64,000 bases of DNA from Nitrospirota bacterium (GTDB lineage: Bacteria; Nitrospinota_A; UBA7883): contig JAJRZK010000006.1 of assembly GCA_024275315.1 (NCBI GenBank), positions 830 through 64,829 on the forward strand. Direction: 5' to 3'. Below, in pieces: positions 11,194 to 19,075 of the stretch. The translations under genes were made by a program, and so were the position numbers. Under the pieces are notes generated by a model. That model had not been told where the DNA came from. It made no database searches and saw only the letters and a list, made by a program, of their open reading frames with translations. Numbering within the stretch: the stretch's first letter is position 1; every line of letters starts with the position of its first letter.

Positions 11194-13239
11194 ATGTTCC
11201 TGTTCCAGGGCACCGATGGCGTTCGCCGGCGTGTGAAACTTTCAACCGACCCCGAATTGTCCGGCTTGACGCCACAACAGGCGTTTATGAGGCATGGCGT
11301 GATCACGGAACGATTCATGGAGCTTTACACCTATTGCCATGTTCGCCAGTTGATCGAGTCCGGTTTCATATCCGAAGGTGATCGTTTTGTTATCGGGTGG
11401 GACCCCCGCGACCCGGACAAGGTGTTCAGCTCCGCGGCGGCGCACGGGTTGGCCAAAGGTGGGGCGAGAGTGGTCGTGGCCGGCGTGGCGCCGACCCCCG
11501 CCGTGGCGCTGTATATGCGATATATAAAAGCCGCCGGGGTGGTCGTGGTTACCGCTTCTCACAATCCGGCTTCTTACAACGGGATAAAAATATTCACAAG
11601 GAGCGGATTGAAGCTTCTCCCCGATGATGATCGGGCGTTGAGCGGCCGGGTCCTTGCCACGGATTACGCGGAGGTGGAACGGGCCGCGGTCGACGTGTCG
11701 ATAGAAGACCATCATGATCGTGCGCTGGAAGTGTTTGTAAATTATTCGATCGACCCGTCCAATAGCTGGATAGACGATCCGGCGTGGCTTGAGGATATGA
11801 CCATTGTGGCGGATTGCGCCAACGGGGCGCTTTCGGAAGTGGCGGAGGGTATTCTCCAAAAGGCCGGGTTCGGCGAAGTGGTCGTGGTGAACGACAGGCT
11901 GGACGGATCGGTCAATGTCCGGTCCGGTGTCGCGGAGTTGGAAGGGGTGGATGAAATCGGGCCGGACATGGTGTCTGACGGCGGCAGGTTCGCGGGGAAC
12001 ATGGCGATGGTTCGTCTGTTTGAAATCGGGAGAAAAAAACGGGATCTTGTGGCGAATGGATCGGCCATGGTGTGCGCCGCTGTGTTCGATGGCGACGGTG
12101 ACCGGTTTTATGGTGTCTTTTACAATCCGCTTACGGATTCGGCTTTCGTCCTGACAGGAGACGAGACCGCCGCGCTCCAGGCGGGGTATATGGCGGAGCG
12201 GGGCGAGGGGGATGGACTGTTTCTCAATACGGTTGAAAGCGACCTGGCCGCCGCCATAAAAGCCAGGGAACTGGGTTTTGCCACCGAGCTTACCGCTGTC
12301 GGTGACAAATGGATTCTGCTGGGTTCGTTTCTCGCCTTGTGGAGGCGGACATTGCCTCCCGATGTGTATAACCACATCAGGTCCCTTATTGACAAGGGAT
12401 CTGTCTCGGCCGATGCGCTGGAAAGGGCGCTGGACGAGGCTGGGGAGGGTCGGGACAAAGTTAGCGCCGCCGGGGGGCTGGCTCTGGTCGGGGCCGAGGA
12501 GAGCGGACACACTATCACCCAAGGGTACCTGGAAATGGCCGATGGCGCGCGGGTCGCGGTTTTTCACGGGAACGGTATCAAGAGCTGTCTTAACACTTTC
12601 GGGGCGATTTGCGGATCGTGGAGGCGTGGATATCACGCTGACGATGTCGAGCCTGCGCTCGATAGGATCCGTCATCCGTTCACGGGTGGGTTCAAAAAGA
12701 CTTTGTATGTCTATTATGTGGATAAATCCCGGTGGCGCAGAGGAACCGCGGTGTGGAATGACGTAAGAGCTGTTATCTGTGAGAAAATGGCGGAACTGTG
12801 GCCCGGAGGTGTTTGCGAGGAGATGGTTCGCGCCGAGGACGCTGATATGCTGTATATGAAAATCATCGAATCGGGGTTGCACACCGGCTCTGTGTTTGTG
12901 AGGAATTCCGGCACGGAGGACAAAACCGGGGTTACGTTGCGGGGGGATGTGACGGCGGAAACGAAGCTGTTGGAAATTGGCGGGGCGGTGTTGCGGCGGC
13001 TCATAGCGGGGTTGAAGGATCAAAAGGGCGTGATGGGCAGGGCCGAGATGGAACTGCTGACAGCGGCCGGGCGGGGGGGCGCTCCGCAATCTCCTGTGGG
13101 CGGGCTGGATGATCGGGAATATCGTCAACTGCTTGTGGAAACCGCTACAAAACAAGGGTTTTTAACCGATCCCGATCCTGGCGCTGTGTTGACGGAGCTT
13201 GGAAAATGGTATCTTTCGACGGGGGAACCAAAAATATGA
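11194..13239 (+). CDS. divergent, enlarged alpha-D-phosphohexomutase (GlmM-like)
   Basis: FQGTDGVR, TASHNP phosphoserine loop, FDGDGDR metal loop, GAEESGH and RNSGTE; 681 aa; lies directly after glmS. Confidence 0.8.
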   Translation: MFLFQGTDGVRRRVKLSTDPELSGLTPQQAFMRHGVITERFMELYTYCHVRQLIESGFISEGDRFVIGWDPRDPDKVFSSAAAHGLAKGGARVVVAGVAPTPAVALYMRYIKAAGVVVVTASHNPASYNGIKIFTRSGLKLLPDDDRALSGRVLATDYAEVERAAVDVSIEDHHDRALEVFVNYSIDPSNSWIDDPAWLEDMTIVADCANGALSEVAEGILQKAGFGEVVVVNDRLDGSVNVRSGVAELEGVDEIGPDMVSDGGRFAGNMAMVRLFEIGRKKRDLVANGSAMVCAAVFDGDGDRFYGVFYNPLTDSAFVLTGDETAALQAGYMAERGEGDGLFLNTVESDLAAAIKARELGFATELTAVGDKWILLGSFLALWRRTLPPDVYNHIRSLIDKGSVSADALERALDEAGEGRDKVSAAGGLALVGAEESGHTITQGYLEMADGARVAVFHGNGIKSCLNTFGAICGSWRRGYHADDVEPALDRIRHPFTGGFKKTLYVYYVDKSRWRRGTAVWNDVRAVICEKMAELWPGGVCEEMVRAEDADMLYMKIIESGLHTGSVFVRNSGTEDKTGVTLRGDVTAETKLLEIGGAVLRRLIAGLKDQKGVMGRAEMELLTAAGRGGAPQSPVGGLDDREYRQLLVETATKQGFLTDPDPGAVLTELGKWYLSTGEPKI

Positions 13240-14054
13240 AATCAGAAGAAATGTTTCTGGCCAACAACCGGTTCCGGTTTTTGGATTACATCAAGGAAGG
13301 GCCGGCGCTTTGGTCTGTCCTGGAGAGGATTCCCGGTATAATAGAGGAATTCCTGGATGGCAAAAAGGGTACGGAGCAGGATGTATACGGACACGCTCTT
13401 CTGCCCGGCTCGGTCCGGATCCCCCATGGGTCCGGTGAACGCTCCGTTTCGGTCATGCAGACCATGGCCGTCGAGGAGGATATATATATCAGGCAGGCCA
13501 AGGTGTTTATCGGCAGGGGGACGACGCTGGAATATGGGGCGATCATCAAGGGACCTTGCGTTATCGGGGAAAATTGCGAGATACGGCAGGGGGCGTATCT
13601 TCGCGGCTCCGTTATTATCGGGGACGGTTGCGTGGTGGGCCATGTGACCGAGGTGAAGAAATCGATATTCATGGACCGCACAAACGCGGGGCATTTCGCC
13701 TATGTGGGGGATTCGGTGCTGGGTAGCCGTGTGAACCTTGGCGCGGGCGTGATTCTGGCCAACCTGCAGTTTCGAACGCCAGGGGAGATAGACTCCGGCG
13801 TCATAAGGGAGATTGTCATAAACAGGCGGGGGGACGCGCGTCCCACCGGGCTGGAAAAGCTCGGCTCCGTGATCGGGGACTATACGGAGGTCGGGTGCAA
13901 CACGGTGATGACACCAGGTGTCGTCATCGGGCCAAGGTGCTGGGTCTATCCCAACACCACTGTGCCAAAGGGGTTTTACGAGCCCGGAAAGTTCATCAGG
14001 ACAAGGGGTGTTTCATTGTCCGTGGACGCGACGGACTTGCCGCAGGTGGATTGA
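13236..14054 (+). CDS. stand-alone hexapeptide-repeat acetyltransferase (glucosamine-1-phosphate N-acetyltransferase-like)
   Basis: LbH repeats with GHFAYVGDSVLG..VNLGAG.ILAN and KLGSVIGD. Its ATG overlaps the upstream TGA (ATGA). Confidence 0.8.
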   Translation: MKSEEMFLANNRFRFLDYIKEGPALWSVLERIPGIIEEFLDGKKGTEQDVYGHALLPGSVRIPHGSGERSVSVMQTMAVEEDIYIRQAKVFIGRGTTLEYGAIIKGPCVIGENCEIRQGAYLRGSVIIGDGCVVGHVTEVKKSIFMDRTNAGHFAYVGDSVLGSRVNLGAGVILANLQFRTPGEIDSGVIREIVINRRGDARPTGLEKLGSVIGDYTEVGCNTVMTPGVVIGPRCWVYPNTTVPKGFYEPGKFIRTRGVSLSVDATDLPQVD

Positions 14055-14058
14055 CAAC

Positions 14059-14565
14059 ATGAGAATATTCGTTATGTTTACACTGTTTCTGATCTTCTCC
14101 GCTTCGTTGCTGTCCCCTGTGTCGGCCAAGGACCTTCCGGAGATGGCGCCAGGGTTTACTCTCGAAAAGGCCGGAGGGGGTGTGGTGACTCTCGAAAAGT
14201 ACCGGGGTTCGGCTGTGATTGTTAATTTCTGGGCCACATGGTGCAAACCTTGCGTGGAGGAGATGCCGGCCCTGGAGCGGATACACCGGAACCGCGCCGG
14301 TTCCGGCGTTTCGGTTATCGGCGTCAATTACAGGCAAAAGGCCAAACGTGTGGAGAGGTTCATAAAGGAAAACTCCATAACGTTTCCCGTGGCGCTGGAC
14401 AGCAAGGGCAAAACGGCCAAAATCTATGGAGTGAACGCGTTGCCGCACACGGTCCTGGTGGACAAGGACGGCAAGGTGGTAAAATCCCGCGAGGGCCCGC
14501 TGACAGAGTCGACAATCGACGAATGGTTCCAGGCTTTGAAAACGTGCGGCGATTCACCATGCTAG
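14059..14565 (+). CDS. TlpA/ResA-like thiol-disulfide oxidoreductase with signal peptide
   Basis: VNFWATWCKPCVEEMP motif and a hydrophobic N-terminus. Confidence 0.9.
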   Translation: MRIFVMFTLFLIFSASLLSPVSAKDLPEMAPGFTLEKAGGGVVTLEKYRGSAVIVNFWATWCKPCVEEMPALERIHRNRAGSGVSVIGVNYRQKAKRVERFIKENSITFPVALDSKGKTAKIYGVNALPHTVLVDKDGKVVKSREGPLTESTIDEWFQALKTCGDSPC

Positions 14566-14629
14566 AGCCTGGCCGATAAATATCGCCACCTCCCCGGCGA
14601 TCCGTTCGCCAGGCCGGTTTTGCCGGGCG

Positions 14630-14956
14630 CTATATGTTCTGGTCGATAACTTCCTGAAGCTCGGACTTGGACCGCACACCGACGACCTGTTTTAAAATAT
14701 CCCCGTTCTTGAAGAACAGCAGTGTCGGGATCGATCTTATTCCGTATTTCGTCGCGGTCTTGTTGTTGTCATCGACGTTAAGTTTGCCGATGCTCAATTT
14801 TCCCTGGTACTCATTGGCCAGTTCTTCTATGGTGGGAGCTATCATCCGGCACGGGGCGCACCACTCCGCCCAGAAATCCACGAGGGTCAACATGCCTGAA
14901 TTAATAACTTTTTCATCAAAATTGTCGTCTGTAAACTCTGCAACATTATTAGCCAT
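14630..14956 (-). CDS. trxA: thioredoxin
   Basis: VDFWAEWCAPCRMIAP and YGIRSIPTLLFFKNG; 108 aa; SD AAGGAG upstream. Confidence 0.95.
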   Translation of the reverse strand: MANNVAEFTDDNFDEKVINSGMLTLVDFWAEWCAPCRMIAPTIEELANEYQGKLSIGKLNVDDNNKTATKYGIRSIPTLLFFKNGDILKQVVGVRSKSELQEVIDQNI

Positions 14957-15034
14957 TACTTCATGTCTCCTTGATCAAAACTGCAATCTCGCGCAATGCC
15001 ATCAACTAGATATTAACTGTTAGACCGAAGATAA

Positions 15035-15997
15035 TCAACCTGTGATTTTTTCCCTGGAAACCACGTTTCTGAAGTTTTCCAGAAGATCGGACAAAGTCTT
15101 GTCCATCGGAATTTGTGGCGTCCAGCGGGTCAACTGAAAAGTTTTCGCTACGTCACCGAAGACGATCGGGTTTTCGGACGGCCTGGAACGGGCCGGGTCC
15201 AGCTCCGATCTGAGGCCGCGCCTGGTGGACAAACCCAGCAGTGTGTCGAGAATCCATTTTATTTTTATCGGCCTGCCGGAGCAGACATGATAGACGCCGC
15301 CTGTCTCTCCTTTGGAGAGTATGAGAGGGTACACCGCCGCGACATCGCGCACGTCGCAAAAGTCCCGCTCTGCGTCCAGGCTCCCCGTCCGTATGACAGG
15401 GTCGCTCAGCCCCGCCTCGATCCGCGCAATCTGGGAGGCGAACGCAGGCGCGACAAAGCGGGTGTCCTGCCCTGGTCCGGTATGGTTGAAGGGTCTTGCG
15501 ATCACCACATGCAGGCCGGGGTTGTGGGCGTATTGCCGGGCGATCGCCTCGGCGCAATACTTTGATGTGGAATAGGCGTTGACAGGATCCGCGGGCCTGC
15601 TCTCGGATATGGGGTTTTCCGCAGGATCGACCCTGCCGTAAACCTCGGAGCTGCTGGCTAGCAGGGTTTTGCTGTGAGGCGCCAGGCTGGCCAGGGACTC
15701 GAGCAGGTTCAATGTTCCGTTCACGTTGGATCTGTAAGCCGATATGCGGTCGTTCACGGCGTCGGGCATAAAGGACACCGCCGCCAGGTGGTATACCGCG
15801 TCAGGCCGGATGTCGGATATCGCGCAATACGTTTGATCGTAATCGTCCAGGGAGACTTTCACCAACCGGCCCGGAAAATCATCGCCCGGGCGGGAACTGC
15901 GATAAGTTCCGAAAATTTCCACGTCTTTTGATCCGGCCAGGGCGCGGGCCAGGATTTTACCTACAAACCCTCCTGCGCCGGTTATAAGGATTTTCAT
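15035..15997 (-). CDS. extended SDR NAD(P)-dependent sugar-nucleotide reductase/dehydratase (GDP-6-deoxy-D-mannose reductase Rmd-like)
   Basis: ITGAGGFVG, SSSEVYG, YSTSK (YxxxK), RPFNHTGPGQ and RDFCDVRD. Confidence 0.85.
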   Translation of the reverse strand: MKILITGAGGFVGKILARALAGSKDVEIFGTYRSSRPGDDFPGRLVKVSLDDYDQTYCAISDIRPDAVYHLAAVSFMPDAVNDRISAYRSNVNGTLNLLESLASLAPHSKTLLASSSEVYGRVDPAENPISESRPADPVNAYSTSKYCAEAIARQYAHNPGLHVVIARPFNHTGPGQDTRFVAPAFASQIARIEAGLSDPVIRTGSLDAERDFCDVRDVAAVYPLILSKGETGGVYHVCSGRPIKIKWILDTLLGLSTRRGLRSELDPARSRPSENPIVFGDVAKTFQLTRWTPQIPMDKTLSDLLENFRNVVSREKITG

Positions 15998-16007
15998 ATG
16001 GAGCGCA

Positions 16008-16862
16008 TTACTTCAGGTTTTCTGACCGAACCCTCAGGATCATCACGAAGCTCGATTCGGATTTACGTCCCGATACGCCACGCATAAAATTCGTGTTGAA
16101 CGAGTTTTTATCATCGTTCTGGCTTCCTATAACCACCATGCCGGGGTCGCTTATTATGATGGAGGTGGATGCGTTTTTCACGGAGAAGCTTTTCTTTTCC
16201 CGATCATAATAGCTCACCTCCGGCTCCAGCGTGATTTTTATCTTGGAGCCTTTTTTTATGGTTCTCGCCTTGACGGTAAAGCTGGTTCCGGCGTCCTTGA
16301 ACGTTACATTTTTGGAAATATAACCATTGTTGTATCCGTATTGCCGGTAATACTCGGTAAAAGGTACCGTCTTGCCCACGAATATGCGCCCCTTTTTGTC
16401 CTCCATAATGAGTAGAGACTGTTTTTTTACGCTGTGAGAGCTTGCCGTGGAGGCGTTTGCGCTGATCTCCAGGTTTTTGCCGGAGGATGGGCCAGGAAAT
16501 GTCCCTATCGACCAGCCGTGGCCGCCCGCTTGCCATTTTACGTCTATACCCAGATCTTTGAGCCTGCTTTTTTCCACGAACTCCACGGTTATGCGGATGT
16601 TTTTTGGTTTCCGGTCCAGGCTGGAGATGACCCTGGCCACCTGTTTTAACACTTCGGGCTCGTCGACCACGATCAAAGTGTTGCTCGAGGTATTGACAGT
16701 GACCTTTCCTTCGGGACCAAGGAGCGATTCCACAACATCTTTAAGTTCGGCGGCGTTGGTGTAATAGATTTCAAAGATTTTTACGGTGGTCTTTCCGGCG
16801 TACGCGGCGCCGGCCGATATCGCCAGCGCCAGTGTGACCAATAGCAGGCAGGATCGTGTCAT
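16008..16862 (-). CDS. short secretin-like protein (signal peptide, NolW/N3 domain, reduced secretin core)
   Basis: IYYTNAAELKDVVESLL...NTLIVVDEPEVLKQVARVISSLDRKPKNIRITVEF is an N3 domain. GRIFVGKTVPF and DAGTSFTVK resemble the secretin core. Only 284 aa. Confidence 0.72.
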   Translation of the reverse strand: MTRSCLLLVTLALAISAGAAYAGKTTVKIFEIYYTNAAELKDVVESLLGPEGKVTVNTSSNTLIVVDEPEVLKQVARVISSLDRKPKNIRITVEFVEKSRLKDLGIDVKWQAGGHGWSIGTFPGPSSGKNLEISANASTASSHSVKKQSLLIMEDKKGRIFVGKTVPFTEYYRQYGYNNGYISKNVTFKDAGTSFTVKARTIKKGSKIKITLEPEVSYYDREKKSFSVKNASTSIIISDPGMVVIGSQNDDKNSFNTNFMRGVSGRKSESSFVMILRVRSENLK

Positions 16863-16872
16863 GGGACGCTCC

Positions 16873-17196
16873 TCAGGCCATGGCGTGGCGAAGGTCTATG
16901 ACGCCGATGGCGGCGACGCATTCGCCCGCGCTGTTTCTGATCGGAGCCGCCGCAATGGGGATCCCCTTGTAGGCGCCATATTCCGGCCTTTCCCGGACAA
17001 CCTCATTTGTCTCCAGAACTTTCTCCAGCACCGGTCCCGTGAAATTGTTGTCGATCACCCGGCCTGTTTCTATGCGGACACCGGGCCTGTTCTTGCTGCG
17101 GATACATACGGGAAACTGGTCTACGATATAGAACAAAGCCATAGCCAGCGGTGTAAGCTCTTCTGCCGTCATATCCGGATGAAACAACTCGCTCAT
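16873..17196 (-). CDS. DUF2111-family small protein (family typical of methanogenic archaea)
   Basis: RSKNRPGVRIE.G.VID.NFTGPVLE.VL...GAYKGIPI..APIR...AAIGVIDL matches my recollection of DUF2111. SD AAGGAGG upstream; alternative start at 17205. Confidence 0.75.
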   Translation of the reverse strand: MSELFHPDMTAEELTPLAMALFYIVDQFPVCIRSKNRPGVRIETGRVIDNNFTGPVLEKVLETNEVVRERPEYGAYKGIPIAAAPIRNSAGECVAAIGVIDLRHAMA

Positions 17197-17261
17197 GGTA
17201 ATCATTCCTCCTTAGATGGTTTGCACAAGATGTTGTGCAACGTGAAACTGGTTCATCGCTC

Positions 17262-17492
17262 TCACGGCTCGTTGCTCGCTAGTGGCGCAATATCCACAAC
17301 ACCTGTCAGAAACAGCGCTCCAGCGGCGATGATAATTATCCCCATAAAACGCATCATCAGGATCACCGTGTCTCCGGCCACGGGTTTCTGCCCGATCAAT
17401 TTCCAGTTTTTTCGCATGGACGCCGGCATGAGAATCATCAGCGTAAAACCGAAAATAAACAACCCAAGCGCGAACAGCGAATTCTGGCTCAT
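17262..17492 (-). CDS. small two-TM membrane protein (76 aa)
   Basis: MSQNSLFALGLFIFGFTLMILMP...MRFMGIIIIAAGALFLTGVV, in frame within ORF 17262-17801. Confidence 0.6.
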   Translation of the reverse strand: MSQNSLFALGLFIFGFTLMILMPASMRKNWKLIGQKPVAGDTVILMMRFMGIIIIAAGALFLTGVVDIAPLASNEP

Positions 17493-17597
17493 AATTTCCA
17501 GGAAAGATTGATCTTGTATCACTATAACACAGCCACGCCCGCTTGTGCTCTCCCGGGTCTTGTTGGGTAAGTGGTCTGTTTTTAGTATAATTCTCTT

Positions 17598-18032
17598 ATG
17601 CGCGGGTTTACCATTCTCGAACTTGTTATAGTCATTTCTATTACGTCCATTATCGCCCTGTCTGCGTATCCCCTTTTGCAAAGTGATGGCCAGATGAGCC
17701 TGGACACCGCCGCCAAAATGGTGAAAACAGATATTCTTTTCACCCAGCGACTGGCCATGAGCCAGGGCCGAAGCAGGTCCGTCACGTTTGTCTCCGGCCA
17801 AAGCTGGTATCTGTACGGCTCCGGCGCGCCCGGTCCGGAGCCACTACGAAGAGACCTTGCGAGGATGGACGGGTCCCTGGTCGTCGGGTCGGACGTAACC
17901 GTCACGTTCAACTCCCTTGGAGAGCCCTCTCCCATGACAACCGACACATCGATAACAATCCTGGGGCGGGGCGGATCGATATCGGTCACGATCACGCCGT
18001 ACACAGGAAAAACCTCCGTAGGGAATTTATGA
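17598..18032 (+). CDS. type IV prepilin-like minor pilin (MshC/GspH-like)
   Basis: RG/FTILELVIVI class III signal peptide. Confidence 0.85.
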   Translation: MRGFTILELVIVISITSIIALSAYPLLQSDGQMSLDTAAKMVKTDILFTQRLAMSQGRSRSVTFVSGQSWYLYGSGAPGPEPLRRDLARMDGSLVVGSDVTVTFNSLGEPSPMTTDTSITILGRGGSISVTITPYTGKTSVGNL

Positions 18033-18475
18033 TACGTCGAGCCCGTGGTTTTACGCTGATCGAGCTGGTTGTGACCATTGTTATCCTGGCTGTCGCCTGG
18101 GTGTTCACGGCGCCTGTCCTGGTTTCCGTGATGGGCCTGGGAGCGCAGGGTGGGGTGGCCTTGTCACAGATGGCTGTCACCGCCCAGGGCCAGGCAGAGC
18201 TGTTTATCCGGGAGCTTTCCGCCATCGACAAGGGAGCGTGGAACTCCACGGTCTCCTCGCTCGCTTCGGCGTCTCCATATCGCCATACGCCCGATCCGCA
18301 ACTGGACGGCAAATCGTATACCGTTTTCCGTTTTATCGACTGCGTACAGCAGGATTTGGCCACCCCAGACCCGGGATGCGCGGCAGGATACGCCAAATCA
18401 ACGGTAACCGTCAGCGATCCGCGAAACGGGGCGAACCTGTCCATCACTTTCATAAAAACAAGGGCGGGCTCGTAA
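18029..18475 (+). CDS. type IV prepilin-like minor pilin (MshD/PilV-like)
   Basis: RG/FTLIELVVTIVIL; ATGA overlap with the previous gene. Confidence 0.85.
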   Translation: MIRRARGFTLIELVVTIVILAVAWVFTAPVLVSVMGLGAQGGVALSQMAVTAQGQAELFIRELSAIDKGAWNSTVSSLASASPYRHTPDPQLDGKSYTVFRFIDCVQQDLATPDPGCAAGYAKSTVTVSDPRNGANLSITFIKTRAGS

Positions 18476-18478
18476 ACC

Positions 18479-19075
18479 ATGACCACCATGCGCAGGCCGC
18501 CGGTCCGTGGCGCCGGAGCGTTTACACTGATCGAGTTGATAACAGTTATCATTGTAATGGGTGTGATCGGGACGGGGGCGATAGGTGTGATATCCGGTCT
18601 GGCTGGTATTTACGTCGAATCGGTCAGGGATTCCGGGTTGAACGCTGAGACATGGGTGGCGGCGCAACGAATAGGTGCGGAGCTTCGAGACGCGGCCCCT
18701 TTGGCGGGAGGAAACCCCGAAGCGGTCACTTTGCCTGCGCGGGGCGCCAGCGGGTCCACGCTTTCATTCACACGTCCTTCGGCTGGTCAATGCCCCGTAT
18801 GTGTGGACAAATCTGTGTCGGTGACGTTTTATTTCACACCCGCCGATGGCAAGCTGTGGCGAAGCACCGCGGCCGCGCCGAACAAACCGCTGGCGGACAA
18901 GGTGACAGCTTTTACGGTCACCGCCAGCGACGATCCGGTTTCGCTCCGGTTTTATACCATTACCTTGACAAGAACCGTAGACACCACCGGCGACAAATCC
19001 GCCAGCGCTACCATGAGCGTGGTTGTATATCCCGGCGCCACCCTTAATCCTGCCAGGGTGCAGGTTATAATGTGA
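18479..19075 (+). CDS. type IV prepilin-like minor pilin (MshO/PilW-like)
   Basis: GA/FTLIELITVIIVMG. Confidence 0.85.
   Translation: MTTMRRPPVRGAGAFTLIELITVIIVMGVIGTGAIGVISGLAGIYVESVRDSGLNAETWVAAQRIGAELRDAAPLAGGNPEAVTLPARGASGSTLSFTRPSAGQCPVCVDKSVSVTFYFTPADGKLWRSTAAAPNKPLADKVTAFTVTASDDPVSLRFYTITLTRTVDTTGDKSASATMSVVVYPGATLNPARVQVIM

Noticed and set aside
11242-13155. 637-aa minus-strand ORF, and similar long antisense ORFs (1158-2417, 8075-9331, 28802-29941, 37575-38486)
   Set aside because: They are shadows of well-supported genes on the opposite strand, expected at this GC content, and carry no recognisable motifs.
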